Shown: piece by piece, positions 11,467-22,147 of the stretch
How positions within the stretch are numbered: position 1 is the stretch's first letter
Layout: every line of letters begins with the position of its first letter
Source of the DNA: Candidatus Bathyarchaeota archaeon
GTDB lineage: Archaea; Thermoproteota; Bathyarchaeia; Bathyarchaeales; Bathycorpusculaceae
Direction of reading: 5' to 3'
Assembly: GCA_963739305.1 (NCBI GenBank)
Contig: CAVTZU010000015.1
Coordinates: 32,001 to 96,000 of the forward strand
Length of the DNA: 64,000 nt
Notes under the pieces: model-generated
The model's database searches: none
What the model saw: only the letters and a program-made list of their open reading frames with translations
What the model was told of the DNA's origin: nothing
Made by a program: the position numbers and the translations under genes

Positions 11467-13311
11467 ATGAGTATAGCAAAGCCTCTTCTCGATTATGCTA
11501 AGTCGCTTAAACCGCAGAAGGGTTTCACGCAATCCTTTTCGGCTTTCAAAAGACTTTTGCAGTATCACAGGAGATACCCTTGGCATGTCGCGGCAATAGT
11601 TGTTCTTGCAGTAGTAAGATCCATTCTGTTCTCGCTCGAACCATTGTACACGTCAAATATCATCATCTACGTCATAGGACCCCCGACTAACACCAGTCTA
11701 TTGATGGGCTATCTACTCGTTATCGTTCTGGCCGGAATAGGCTACGCTATAACTAACTTCATTCTGACTTACGTGCACGGGGTAATGTCCCAGTACATAG
11801 TGCGAGACGTAAGGTCTGAGTATTACCGTTCGCTTCAGACCAAATCCTTCAGTTTTTATGATTCTGTAGGGGTTGGAGATCTAACATCAAGAGCCACGGT
11901 AGACCTTCAATTAGTCGACATGTTTCTGAGAACATGGCTGGGCACTGTTCTCAACGCTGTCTTCACAACAATTGTCATCATTGCGATAATCCTCCCGATA
12001 AGCCCGACCATGACCCTGATCTCCTTGGCCACGATGCCGCTCATCTTCTATTTCACAACGCGCCTATGGATAGACACGATGCCCCTCTTCAGAAATATGC
12101 AGTTAATCATGGGAAGATTGACTTCATACATACAGCAAAACATCATCGGAATGAAAACAGTCAGGATATTCCGCCGAGAAAAAGATGTTGTCGATGGATT
12201 CAAACAGGTAGAAGACGTATACGTGAACACGGCAATCACCGCGGGCAAAATACAGTCAATCTACATGCCGCTCGGTCCAGCGCTGCTCACGCTGGGAGCC
12301 GCCCTGGTCTACGTGTACGCAGGAATTACGCTGGGAGTTCCATACTCAGCGTTAGCGGTTGAACAAATTGGTTACTTGATTCTCTTTGTCAGATACATGA
12401 TGAGACTAACGTTTCCCATAAGGGACGCAAGCCAGACTTTGGGGACGTGGATTGCGGCTTATGCGGGACTGGAAAGAGTCCAAGAAATGATAGATGCTCC
12501 AAGAAGCGTTGAAGATATGCCTAACGCCAGGGACGTTAGGATAGAAAAAGGAAAACTTGAGCTGGAAAACGTCACGTTTGGGTACGTGAAAGACAGGCCT
12601 GTGCTAAATAAGGTCACTTTTACGGTGCAGCCAGGTGAAAAAATAGCGATACTGGGTGCAACAGGGTCCGGAAAGAGCTCTCTGATATACTTAATCCCAA
12701 GGTTTTACGACATCCAGGCGGGCAGCATAAAGATAGATGGCACGGACATCCGCGAATTCAAGCTGGCTTCTCTCAGGCGGCAGATAGGCGTGGTGCTGCA
12801 GGATGTTTTCCTGTTTTCTGGAACGATGAGGGAGAATATTGCTTTCGGTAAGCCTGACGCCTCGATGGATGAAATAGTGCAAGCTGCCAAGTCGGCCAGA
12901 ATACACGATTTCATTGAATCCCTTCCATCTGGTTACGACACACCTGTTGGGGAAAGGGGAGTCACGCTTTCGGGAGGGCAGAAGCAGAGAATAACCATAG
13001 CGAGAGCGCTCGTGGGCAACCCGAGGATGCTAATAATGGATGATTCGTTGTCCTTTGTGGACGCGAAGACGGAGCAAGAAATTCAGTCAGCAATAGAAGA
13101 AGCAACGAGGGCGAGGACAACCCTCATAATAGCGCAGAGATTCTCAACGATAAAGACGGCTAAGAAGATACTGGTCCTTGAGAACGGTTCAGTAGGGGAA
13201 TTTGGCACACACGAGGAGCTCATGGCAAAAGATGGCCTCTACAAGAAGGTCTATGAAACCCAATTTGTCCAAAAAGCTTCGCCCATCCTAGGGGAAGCAG
13301 GTGGTTCCTAG
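11467..13311 (+). CDS. ABC exporter, permease/ATPase (heterodimer subunit A)
   Basis: TM domain; Walker A GATGSGKS; LSGGQKQR; degenerate Walker B IMDD and switch Q. Confidence 0.93.
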   Translation: MSIAKPLLDYAKSLKPQKGFTQSFSAFKRLLQYHRRYPWHVAAIVVLAVVRSILFSLEPLYTSNIIIYVIGPPTNTSLLMGYLLVIVLAGIGYAITNFILTYVHGVMSQYIVRDVRSEYYRSLQTKSFSFYDSVGVGDLTSRATVDLQLVDMFLRTWLGTVLNAVFTTIVIIAIILPISPTMTLISLATMPLIFYFTTRLWIDTMPLFRNMQLIMGRLTSYIQQNIIGMKTVRIFRREKDVVDGFKQVEDVYVNTAITAGKIQSIYMPLGPALLTLGAALVYVYAGITLGVPYSALAVEQIGYLILFVRYMMRLTFPIRDASQTLGTWIAAYAGLERVQEMIDAPRSVEDMPNARDVRIEKGKLELENVTFGYVKDRPVLNKVTFTVQPGEKIAILGATGSGKSSLIYLIPRFYDIQAGSIKIDGTDIREFKLASLRRQIGVVLQDVFLFSGTMRENIAFGKPDASMDEIVQAAKSARIHDFIESLPSGYDTPVGERGVTLSGGQKQRITIARALVGNPRMLIMDDSLSFVDAKTEQEIQSAIEEATRARTTLIIAQRFSTIKTAKKILVLENGSVGEFGTHEELMAKDGLYKKVYETQFVQKASPILGEAGGS

Positions 13312-15124
13312 TGTCAGGTTCGTACGGGACTTTCTCGACAAAACAGGAAGAGAGAAGAAAAAGAACCGTCCGTGACCGGGTGTTGATTAGAAGGGTCTAC
13401 GAGTACGCTCAAGCCAACAAACGAAACCTGCAAATCGGCGTTGCCGCCACGATAGCCGGCGCCTTCACCGGCTTAGCTGCCCCCTACATGCACGCGATGG
13501 CCATCGACAGCATCATAACGCCGAAGAACCTTTCGGGCTTCATATGGTGGATCCCCCTGTTCGTCACTATAATTCTAGGCAACTATCTGTTCCAGTACAT
13601 CCAAACCTATCAAATGCGTATAGTGGGAGAAAAAGTTGTTGCAAAGATGCGGGACGACATGATGGAAAAGCTGCAGGTCATCTCCCTCAAGTATTTTTCA
13701 GAAGGTGAAGCTGGAAGAATAATCTCCCGGCCGACCAACGACGCCAACACCGTCAGAATATTCATCAGAGTTGGACTGACGAGCATTCTGGTAGACATCT
13801 CTTCGATACTAGGTGCCTTCGCAATTATGTTCTATCTTGACCTTCGACTGTCACTTCTGGCCATGTCAGTTCTGCCAGTGGCCATAGTGCTGGTCTGGTT
13901 CCTCGGAAAATACTCAAGAGCTGCTTACAGGAGAACGTTAATCACGACTTCAGGGTTGACGGCAAGGTTCCAGGAAGACTTGGCGGGCATGAAAGTCACT
14001 CAAGCTTACGCGCAGGAGAAAGAGACAGAAAAGAAGTTTCTAAAAAGTCAAGACGAAAACGTCAAGGCTACGATTAGAGCCATCCTCATAGGGTCGTCGT
14101 ACACGCCGTTTGTGATGGCACTGAGGCTGGTCGGAACCATGATAATCCTGTTCTTCGGCGTCTACGCTTTGTTGGCCGGAACGATCTCGTTAGGAATTCT
14201 TGTAGCCTTTATAGAGTACCAGTTCTCATATTTCATGCCGCTGGTTGACCTTGTAACGATGTACGACCAGTACCAGTCAGCGATGTCTGCGATTGAAAGA
14301 ATGTTCGATGTTATCGACACGAAAGTCGAAGTCGTGGACGCACCGCCTGAAAGGAGTATCGCATTGCAATGATAGAAGAAGTGAGATTCGAAAACGTAAA
14401 TTTCGCATACGACATTGATGTCCCAATTCTAAAGAACATCAACTTCACCCTGAAGCGCAACATGAAACTCGCAATTGTCGGCCAGACAGGCGCGGGAAAA
14501 AGCACGATAATCAACCTGCTCGCCAGATTCTACGATCCAGGCGAAGGCAGAATCCTCATAAATGGGCATGACATAAGAGACATTCCGCTCGCTTCTTTGA
14601 GAGGTCGCATGAGCACAGTGCTGCAGGACTCGTTTCTTTTTTCAGTTTCCATAAAGGAAAACATAAGGTTCGGGAAACTTGAAGCGTCAGATCAAGAAGT
14701 CGTAGACGCAGCAAAATCCATCGGTGCCCACGATTTCATAATGAAACTTCCCAACGACTACAACTACGTCATACAGGAAGGGTCTTCAAACATATCTATA
14801 GGTCAAAGACAACTCATAAGCTTCGCCAGAACACTACTCGCAAATCCCGAAATCCTAGTGCTGGACGAGGCGACATCCTCAGTTGACGCCTACACCGAAC
14901 TGGTGATTCAAAGAGCTCTAAAGAGACTGATGCAAAACAGAATGACGATAATAATCGCACATCGACTCTCAACGATCAGACTGTGCGACGAAATCCTAAC
15001 GATCGATCACGGCGAAATCGTGGAAAGAGGCACGCATGAACAGCTTATGCGCCAGAATGGGTTGTACAGTTCATTCTACAGACTGCAATTCAGAGAAGAA
15101 ACAGGAGCAGACACATCGCAATAG
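13311..15124 (+). CDS. ABC exporter, permease/ATPase (heterodimer subunit B), split by a probable frameshift at ~14368
   Basis: TM ORF 13311-14372 and NBD ORF 14369-15124 (GQTGAGKS, ISIGQRQ, LDEATSSVD) together form one continuous half-transporter. Confidence 0.88.
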
Positions 15125-15230
15125 TCTATGCGGACAATCGAAGAGACAAGCGTGACTGGCCGTGACAAATCATAGTGCATTTTAGTATGGGATACGTGGT
15201 AGAGTGCTTCCGCTTTTTCATAGGTTTATG

Positions 15231-15671
15231 TTAACCCTCTTCGGGAATATAGCGGGGGGTCCACAAATATCCTAGAATGTCTCGTATCTCCTTATCCATG
15301 TAGTTTTCAAGGTTGCGGGCAACATCGTAGGTTGTTAAGACGCCGTGAAGAGTCCCCTCTTTAACCACTGCTAGTCTCCGGATCTCGTGTTTTTTCATTA
15401 TCTTAGCTGCTTCTGTCAGATCCGCGTTCGGATCAATCGTTATCAGGGGTGTCGACATTACTTCGGCGACTCTCACGTTCTTCGGGTCAAGCCCTTTTGC
15501 AGCAACTTTCCAGGTCACATCGCGTTCGGTTACTATGCCAAACGGTTTTCCTTGCCGCAAAACAATAGCGCATCCCTCTCTTTTTTTGTACATATCTAGA
15601 GAGGCTTCAGCAACAGACACGCCTTCTTCAACGGTGACCATGCTTGTTCTCATAGCTTCGGCCGCCCTCAA
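15231..15671 (-). CDS. CBS domain pair protein
   Basis: GIVTERD, VAEVMSTPLITI, GVLTTYD; TTG start after AGGAAGGGG. Confidence 0.88.
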   Translation of the reverse strand: MRAAEAMRTSMVTVEEGVSVAEASLDMYKKREGCAIVLRQGKPFGIVTERDVTWKVAAKGLDPKNVRVAEVMSTPLITIDPNADLTEAAKIMKKHEIRRLAVVKEGTLHGVLTTYDVARNLENYMDKEIRDILGYLWTPRYIPEEG

Positions 15672-15873
15672 AAACTTCCCCTTCCTATTGTTCAGAACAA
15701 CTCGAATACATTCTAGTGAATCCCAATAATTAAATAATACTATGGCCAGCCTAACTCTACTGAAACTTGAGGAGAACTTAAGAGAAGAGCAGCCTACGGA
15801 GTTTGCAAAGTATTCCAGCACTCATACGGCGGTAATGAGCTTTCTTTTCGGTCTCCGCAAACAATACGATCAT

Positions 15874-16683
15874 TTATGCGTCGCAGTGTCGGTTGGTGTA
15901 TCGACCTAGGATTTTCTGCTTTTCTGCCTGAATGATTGGTGGAATCTCAGATAGAGACTGAATAATGTAATCAGGCTGCAAATTCGCTTCTGATCCGATA
16001 CGTTCTTGTATTTCGCTCAGGACTTCTTCGGGGAGGCTCTTCAGGGCGTCGTTGAAATTCGATTTCTCGACTGTTCCTTCGATCATTATGGCAACTCCTC
16101 CGGCTCCCTTCGCAGCCAACACATCGAGTATCAGGTCGCCAACCATGAAGAAATGTGCAACGCCCAGTTTCTTGGCCGCAAACAAGATGCCCTCTGGATC
16201 AGGTTTCAGTTTTCTAACGCTCTCCCGGGTCACCGTGGCATCAAAGAAGCCGCCTAAGCCGTGAATCTGGAAAACGATGGCGACGGCTTCCTTCGAGGTG
16301 TTGGTGACGAGCCCCAACTTCGCTCCAAGTCGTCTAAGGGTTTCAAGCGTAGAGACGCAGTCGGGAAAGAGTTTTGACTTTCTGGCGGAATCAAGCTCGT
16401 AGCGTCTGAGGAACTTCTCCATCTCTCTTTGAAACCGTCTGGTCTCCGCTTTCGTGAAATTTCCTTCAACGTACGCCTCTGCCTTGTTACGCATTATCGT
16501 TGCACGTTCTACTCCTTCAAGAATTTCAGCTGGCACTCCCAGCGCTAACAGTTTTCTTCGCGTATTGCGTCTGAACTCTAAGACGTGTTCATGAATTGAC
16601 CAGGGAGTCTGGACTAACGTGTCCTCTAGATCAAACAACACTGCAAAGTCGCTTGCTGCTTCCGACTTCTTCAGTTTGTTCAT
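15874..16683 (-). CDS. HAD-superfamily hydrolase
   Basis: FDLEDTL, VTN, KPDPEG, MVGDLILD motifs; the longer ORF extension overlaps the tRNA and is spurious. Confidence 0.88.
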   Translation of the reverse strand: MNKLKKSEAASDFAVLFDLEDTLVQTPWSIHEHVLEFRRNTRRKLLALGVPAEILEGVERATIMRNKAEAYVEGNFTKAETRRFQREMEKFLRRYELDSARKSKLFPDCVSTLETLRRLGAKLGLVTNTSKEAVAIVFQIHGLGGFFDATVTRESVRKLKPDPEGILFAAKKLGVAHFFMVGDLILDVLAAKGAGGVAIMIEGTVEKSNFNDALKSLPEEVLSEIQERIGSEANLQPDYIIQSLSEIPPIIQAEKQKILGRYTNRHCDA

Positions 16684-16765
16684 CTGACAGCCGACTTCTG
16701 TCTCTTGCCTAAAAGCGTTCTGGTTTTCTGCGAAGCCTACGAAAAACGGTTGAATGGATAGTTTG

Positions 16766-16925
16766 TGGTGTGGCCGGCCGGATTTGAACCGACGACCTAC
16801 GGGTCTCTCCGTGGTATGACTGTTCCAGAACTTCCTCATTCCCTCTCCGGTCGGTCGGTGGAAGTCCCTCGACTACACCTCTATCTCCCTTTACCACTTT
16901 CTGGAGCCCGTCGTCATACCTGACT
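16766..16925 (-). tRNA. 5'-truncated tRNA-Trp(CCA) copy (about nt 14-76 with CCA) carrying a 96-nt 37/38 intron (16805-16900)
   Basis: AGTCAGGTATGACG ACGGG CTCCAG/intron/A CCCGT AGGTC GTCGG TTCAAAT CCGGC CGGCCAC ACCA; CTCC/GGAG BHB helix; no 5' acceptor strand found nearby. Confidence 0.85.
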
Positions 16926-17022
16926 TAATGCTTAGTAATTCTATGATGTTGTTCATTGTTTGGTTCTGGTTGATGGTGTCTTTTGTCTCTATACCATGTG
17001 TTTCTTCTGGTTGGGTGCTCAA
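16891..17022 (-). CDS. Small ORF (43 aa) reading into the tRNA fragment
   Basis: TTG start after AAGGAAGG, overlapping the upstream stop (TTGA): MSTQPEETHG...LSIKSGMTTGSRKW*. Confidence 0.3.
   Translation of the reverse strand: MSTQPEETHGIETKDTINQNQTMNNIIELLSIKSGMTTGSRKW
16896..16919. repeat. 24-bp perfect direct repeat, copy 1 (att-like core)
   Basis: ACTTTCTGGAGCCCGTCGTCATAC, identical at 22374-22397. Confidence 0.9.
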
Positions 17023-17162
17023 TATTTCGCCTTCCTTATTGGTTGACTTGTTCTTTCTCGGATTGTGACCACTAGGACTTTGATTACTCCTCTTGGGGTT
17101 CGGTAGGTTCCTATGTGGTCAAGGGCTATTATCTGTTCTTCTGGATTCTCGGTTCGTAACAT
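17019..17162 (-). CDS. Small hypothetical protein (47 aa)
   Basis: MLRTENPEEQIIALDHIGTYRTPRGVIKVLVVTIRERTSQPIRKAKY*; protein-like composition, below the ORF-track cutoff. Confidence 0.4.
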   Translation of the reverse strand: MLRTENPEEQIIALDHIGTYRTPRGVIKVLVVTIRERTSQPIRKAKY

Positions 17163-17486
17163 ACATTACACATCCATTCACTTTCGTTGCGTTGACGCGA
17201 CGAGAAGGCAATACGCATTTCTAGCAGGGAGTCTAGAAGGAAGCTAAGCATAGTTGCAAGATTGGCTTCCGTACGGAATGAGAGACGACTTTTCCTCTTA
17301 AATTTCTAATGAGGGAAATGCCTATGCCTTCGAGGAGATAGTTCATGCGTCATTCAGTTTAGTCGTGGTTTCACGTTTAGCGATCGGGTGTTTGAGTGCC
17401 TGTTCTATTGTATTTTTTGTTCTATTAGTGTTGCACTTCCCGTTTTTCGCGTAGTGAGTGCCTGCGATTGACGCGCGCGCTTGGTT

Positions 17487-18125
17487 TTAGTAGTAGTATG
17501 TTACCAATACAGTTTCAGTTGCGTTGTCAACAGCGTTTGTATTGCCTACTTGGATCTCTATGTTAGCTGGAAGGACTGGGAACCATGCTGAGCCGTTTGA
17601 ACCGACGTTTACTGTGTTATCATATTTGGCCCATCCGTTATACACGTATGAAAGTTCAACGAAGGTATCGTTTGTCGATGAAGAAACATGCACAACGACT
17701 AAACCAGCAACGTCTGCAGAATAGTTCCAAGAAGTACTACTATTGGCTGGTTGACTTACCGCCTCATTTTCCACCCAATCCTTATAAAATCCAAGATTAA
17801 TTTTGATTTCAAGCAACCCCACTTGAGTTGAAATGTTATTCACTTCAGACAATAAGAGCGACATATGAGATGAGTCATAGACGATCGTGGCATTTTGTTC
17901 AGCAAGCTTAAAACTGTCAGCCGCAATCGTTTCGTTCTCAGCTATCACTTGTTCTTGGAGAGTTGTCAATTCAGTGTTCAAGGCGGAAATCGTGTTGTTC
18001 TTATCAGCTATGTAATATGCAAGCGCTCCACCTAAACCAGCTACTAGAATAATGCAGGCTGCTACGAGTGCGATGGCGACACTTCTTCTAACAACTTTCC
18101 TTTCATTGACTTTTGGTTCACTCAT
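17487..18125 (-). CDS. Membrane-anchored coiled-coil surface protein
   Basis: MSEPKV start, one TM helix, heptad region, beta-rich C-terminus with many NxS/T sequons. Confidence 0.75.
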   Translation of the reverse strand: MSEPKVNERKVVRRSVAIALVAACIILVAGLGGALAYYIADKNNTISALNTELTTLQEQVIAENETIAADSFKLAEQNATIVYDSSHMSLLLSEVNNISTQVGLLEIKINLGFYKDWVENEAVSQPANSSTSWNYSADVAGLVVVHVSSSTNDTFVELSYVYNGWAKYDNTVNVGSNGSAWFPVLPANIEIQVGNTNAVDNATETVLVTYYY

Positions 18126-18324
18126 TCTTGAATCCCTAGTTTGTCTTCTGTTGCTGTGCAGATTAAAGATTTCTGTGTTTGTCGGCTTTGCGTTAACGAT
18201 TCTGAGCCGTCGGCGAAGCGGAACGTCATGGTTGTCAAGTCTCGGGTCTGGTTTTGCAGTCGGTGTGAGAAATCTGATGAGGCTGTTGCGCGCGCAATGT
18301 GTCTCACGTGGCATCAGTGTGAAT

Positions 18325-19128
18325 TCAGGTTGTTTTCTTTGTAACATCGGACTTGAGGAGTCTGTAAGCTGCTATTAGAGTGAATACGATCGCGTAGACG
18401 GCTATGATCAACGACGCTTGGGCAAGGGCTCCAAGGTCACCTGCGGGAAGCACACTGGACGATGTTATCAGTTCACTCATGACAAGCGACGGGAAGTTTG
18501 TTGCTGCCCATGTTGGAATAGCCCGCGTGCTTATGCCATAGAGAAGGGTTAAGATCGGGCTTATGATGTATGAAGCGATAAGTATTGCTAAGGCCAACAG
18601 AATTGCGAGAGTGGTTCCTCTGAAGACTTCGCTGAACATGAATGATAAACAGAAGAAAATGAGAGAAGAATATACAATGGCCAAAAACATTATCGGAGCA
18701 AATTGGAGACCGTTCTGTGCACCAAACAATCCGAGTGAAAGGGCAACGCCTACAAAGGTTATCAAGGCTTCAACCATGGCTAACAAGGAGAATCCGCCCA
18801 AGAACTTCCCAGACATGTACTCAACCCGCGTAATGGGTTTGGAGAGCAATATGTCAGCCGTCCCGTGTTCATATTCTTCAGACATTGAACCGCCGCCAAC
18901 TATGATGGCTATCAACTGAACAAACAAGCCACCTTCCAGCACGCCGGTAATCCACACTAGGGACGCTTCATTCGTCAAGAAACCCTCTGCAAACAGCGCG
19001 TGCATTCCAGCCATTATCAATGTTTGAATTGCTATGGCCAGGATTATGAGGGCAAGAACTTTCTTCTTAGCCAGGGCTCTCCTCCACTCGTACCCAGCGA
19101 TTACAGCGACTCTTCCGAGGGCGTCCAT
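18325..19128 (-). CDS. ABC-2 type permease
   Basis: SEEYEHGTADILLSKPITR motif; about 6 TM segments. Confidence 0.9.
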   Translation of the reverse strand: MDALGRVAVIAGYEWRRALAKKKVLALIILAIAIQTLIMAGMHALFAEGFLTNEASLVWITGVLEGGLFVQLIAIIVGGGSMSEEYEHGTADILLSKPITRVEYMSGKFLGGFSLLAMVEALITFVGVALSLGLFGAQNGLQFAPIMFLAIVYSSLIFFCLSFMFSEVFRGTTLAILLALAILIASYIISPILTLLYGISTRAIPTWAATNFPSLVMSELITSSSVLPAGDLGALAQASLIIAVYAIVFTLIAAYRLLKSDVTKKTT

Positions 19129-19129
19129 G

Positions 19130-20068
19130 CTATTGACCTCCTTTTAGAGCTTGGAGATAAGCGTCTTCCAACGTAACCTTACGGAGGGTTAGGCCTAGCA
19201 ACACGCCTTTTTGTTTGAAGATTTCTGAGGAGATTTCGCCCCTCACGTCTTTTTTCTCCTTCAGCTCTATCGATAGCTTGTTTCCGTCCACCTTTACATC
19301 GTTCACGAACTCAAGCGCTTTAAGGCTTGAGACTATGTTTTCGGTTACTTTTTCAAGCTCGGCTTCCACTACCCATTGTTGAGTGAAAGCTTCCAGCATC
19401 TGTTCGATTGGTCCCGTGAAAACGATTTTTCCCTTGTTTATCATTCCTACGTGGGTGCAGATTCGCTGAACCTCGTCCAACAGGTGAGATGAAATAAAAA
19501 TTGTTTTGCCATCCTTTGAGAGTTTAGTGAAAAGGCTTCTGAAGTGAGCTGTGGCCTCTGGATCCATACCTATGGTGGGCTCATCCATTATCAGAACCAT
19601 TGGATCGTTGATAAGGGCAAGGGCCACAGACAGCCTCTGAACCATGCCTTTGCTGTAGTTTCCAATCTTCTTCTTTCCCCATTCTTTCAAACCGACAAGA
19701 TCTAGGAGCTGCTTAGTCTTTTCCTTTCTAGGCTGCATGGGCAACCCGAACATTTTGCCCATAAAGTCAAGCAACTGCTCTGCAGTGAAGAAAGTTTGAA
19801 GTGTTGGAAGCTCTGAAGCATACCCAACAAGTTGGAGCGCGTGAACGGGATCCTTTGAGGGATTTGCGCCAGCTATCTGAACTTCTCCTTGATTTGGTTT
19901 AAGGAGACCCAGCATAATCCTTATAGTAGTTGTTTTGCCCGCCCCGTTTGGTCCAAGATAGCCGTACACACAGCCTTTATCCACTTTGAAGGAAACAGAG
20001 TCCAAAGCCTCGAATTTTCCGTAGTACTTTGTCAGGTTTGAAACGCTCAAAACCGAAGTGGACGCCAA
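19130..20068 (-). CDS. ABC transporter ATP-binding protein
   Basis: GPNGAGKTT, YSKGMVQR, MDEPTIGMD, SSH. Confidence 0.93.
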   Translation of the reverse strand: MASTSVLSVSNLTKYYGKFEALDSVSFKVDKGCVYGYLGPNGAGKTTTIRIMLGLLKPNQGEVQIAGANPSKDPVHALQLVGYASELPTLQTFFTAEQLLDFMGKMFGLPMQPRKEKTKQLLDLVGLKEWGKKKIGNYSKGMVQRLSVALALINDPMVLIMDEPTIGMDPEATAHFRSLFTKLSKDGKTIFISSHLLDEVQRICTHVGMINKGKIVFTGPIEQMLEAFTQQWVVEAELEKVTENIVSSLKALEFVNDVKVDGNKLSIELKEKKDVRGEISSEIFKQKGVLLGLTLRKVTLEDAYLQALKGGQ

Positions 20069-20199
20069 AAAGATTACCCAGTTCTTAACTATCTTGCGTA
20101 GGCACGCCTAATAACATTTAGGGTTATCACCTATTCGTTGCTATACCTCTTGCTATTCCGCCGGCAGCGTTGCCTTCCTAATAACAAAACGCGCGCGCT

Positions 20200-20232
20200 A
20201 GCTGTTGTTTTGAGTTTTTGTGGGTTAGAGCG
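20200..20232. repeat. 33-bp imperfect direct repeat, copy 1
   Basis: AGCTGTTGTTTTGAGTTTTTGTGGGTTAGAGCG; 29/33 identical to 22148-22180. Confidence 0.7.
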
Positions 20233-20285
20233 TCATCTATAGTCTTATTAGATTAAATCCGACACTCCTAAAAGAGGAAGCAGTG

Positions 20286-21292
20286 ATGTCAGGTAGAGCT
20301 GTAGAAGTAGATCTGAGAAAGGTTAGACCAAACAGGTTCAATCCAAGGCTAGACTTCAATGAAGAAGACCTCAGGAATCTGGCAGATAGCATTCGAGAGA
20401 AAGGTCTTTTGCAGCCGATTATCGTCAGACCCGTAGACAATGAGTTTGAGGTCGTTGTCGGTGAAAGACGGTATAGGGCTGCCCAGAAAGCAGGGATGGA
20501 ACGGATTCCAGTGGTGATTCGAGAGTACTCAGACGAGGAGGTAATTGAACTAAGTCTGATTGAGAATATTCAGAGAACAGATCTAAGCGCGGTTGAGAAA
20601 GGTAACAGTTGCAAGCAACTTATGGAGAAATATCCTCAGAAGTTTCCGAATAAGGGAGCCATAGCGAAATCATTGAGAGTCTCTGAAACAACTATTTCGG
20701 CTTGGCTAGAGCTTGTTGAGGCGCCTAATGAGCTTCAGAGAATGATTGCTCCTGCAGGCAAAATCGGTGTTCCGAGAGAACAGGGGAAAATCGATTGGGA
20801 CACAGCGGTTACTATTACTAGGCAGATAGAACAACCAGATAGACAAGTATCAATCGCGAGGGAAATCGCTAGAAGACCAATTTACAGAAGACAGGCGAGG
20901 GAAGTAATATCAAAGGCTGCAAAACAGCCTGAGAGACCAATTGAACAGATATTCAAGGAGGTAGTCGAGGCTCCTTATGAGATGCCCTTTCGACTTGTAC
21001 ATATGAAACCGATTCTGGATGGAGAGAAAATTCAGAGTTCTAGAAAAGGCATTTCAGATCCTCGCGTCAAAATCGGATCAATAATACATGGGCAGTTTGG
21101 GAACCGAACTTTGCCACGTTGCGTGTCGTTTCGATGGTAAGAAAGCGTCTTGGAGAATTCACTGAAGAGGATGCAAAAAGGGAAGGTGGCTATACTCTCG
21201 CAGAATTCAAGAAGACTTGGAAGAATCTGCATGGTGATTGGAATGAGAACGAGTTCGTCTACGTCTTTGGCTTCCAACTGGTCAGGCAGTAG
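20286..21292 (+). CDS. ParB/Srx N-terminal domain + HTH fused to a C-terminal ASCH domain (frameshift at ~21090)
   Basis: GLLQPIIVRP, VGERRYRA, ENIQRTDL; then MPFRLVHMKPILDGEKIQSSRK / AVWEPNFATLRVVSMVRKRLGEFTEEDAKREGGYTLAEFKKTWKNLHGDWNENEFVYVFGFQLVRQ* in the shifted frame. Confidence 0.8.
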
Positions 21293-21300
21293 GCGATAGC

Positions 21301-22029
21301 ATGTCATGGCGGAAAGAGTCTATTTTAGTTTTGGTTAAGGCGGCACCCAATTGGAGCGACAAATATGGATCATACCTCGTTTGCACTGGTGGCATAACTA
21401 AATCAAATCAGTGGAGGCGCCTATATCCAATGCCTCTGGACTTTATCGTCGGAAAGGTACACCGATGGGACATGATAGAGGTCAACACTACAGAACCTGA
21501 ACATGATCCTCGTTCTGAGAGCAGAAAAATAGATCCAAGTTCAATTGTTGTTGGCGGAAGCTTTTCAAAAGACAAAGAGGAGCGTCGAGTGCTCTTGAAC
21601 AAGCTAGCTGAGAAATCTCTGGACGTGGCAATTGGAGAGAGACGGTCTATCATTCTGATCAAACCAGAGATAGTTGACTTCCACATAGTTGAAAGAAAAG
21701 ATAAGCCAGTGCAGCTTACGCTGAACGGTGAAGTGTTCAAGGAACAACCCTACAGAGACGTAAGCCTCTACTATCGGTGGAATTGTCCAGAACGGTGTCA
21801 TGTGTGCAGCAGACATCCTCACCACATGGAATGCTTCGATTGGGGTGCAGGCGTCCTTTGGAGCAGGTATAAGGCAGACAGAAAAGTCGCCGAGGAGAAG
21901 ATCACTGAAATGTGTTACGACAATATGAAAGAGAAATTCGATGCTTGGTTTGCTTTGGGAACACACAGTCGCCGTCCCTTTAGCAAGTGGATGGTAGTGA
22001 GTCTCTTGTGGATGAAGAAAGCGTTCTAG
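21301..22029 (+). CDS. Conserved hypothetical protein, dual-OB-fold-like, with a Cys/His cluster
   Basis: VKAAP..S.KY...VCTGG...WRRLYP, DPRSES, RSIILIKP, DWG, FALGTH; CPERCHVC..HPHH; starts 8 nt after the ParB-ASCH stop. Confidence 0.65.
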   Translation: MSWRKESILVLVKAAPNWSDKYGSYLVCTGGITKSNQWRRLYPMPLDFIVGKVHRWDMIEVNTTEPEHDPRSESRKIDPSSIVVGGSFSKDKEERRVLLNKLAEKSLDVAIGERRSIILIKPEIVDFHIVERKDKPVQLTLNGEVFKEQPYRDVSLYYRWNCPERCHVCSRHPHHMECFDWGAGVLWSRYKADRKVAEEKITEMCYDNMKEKFDAWFALGTHSRRPFSKWMVVSLLWMKKAF

Positions 22030-22147
22030 TCTCCTTTTGCGTGCGCGCTGTTTGGCGAAAGCCCGCGCAATCAAGTGAATGATGAGTAATCCTTTGGAAG
22101 TTCAGGAGCGCGCGTCTCTTTTTGCCATTCTTTTCGGCGTTTGTCTG

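Noticed and set aside
16928-17251. ATGCTTAG/CTAAGCAT pairing as the stem of a giant D-loop intron
   Set aside because: No tRNA 5' exon (GTGGYCG-TA-GTC) lies beyond the stem, and an 8-bp match can arise by chance.
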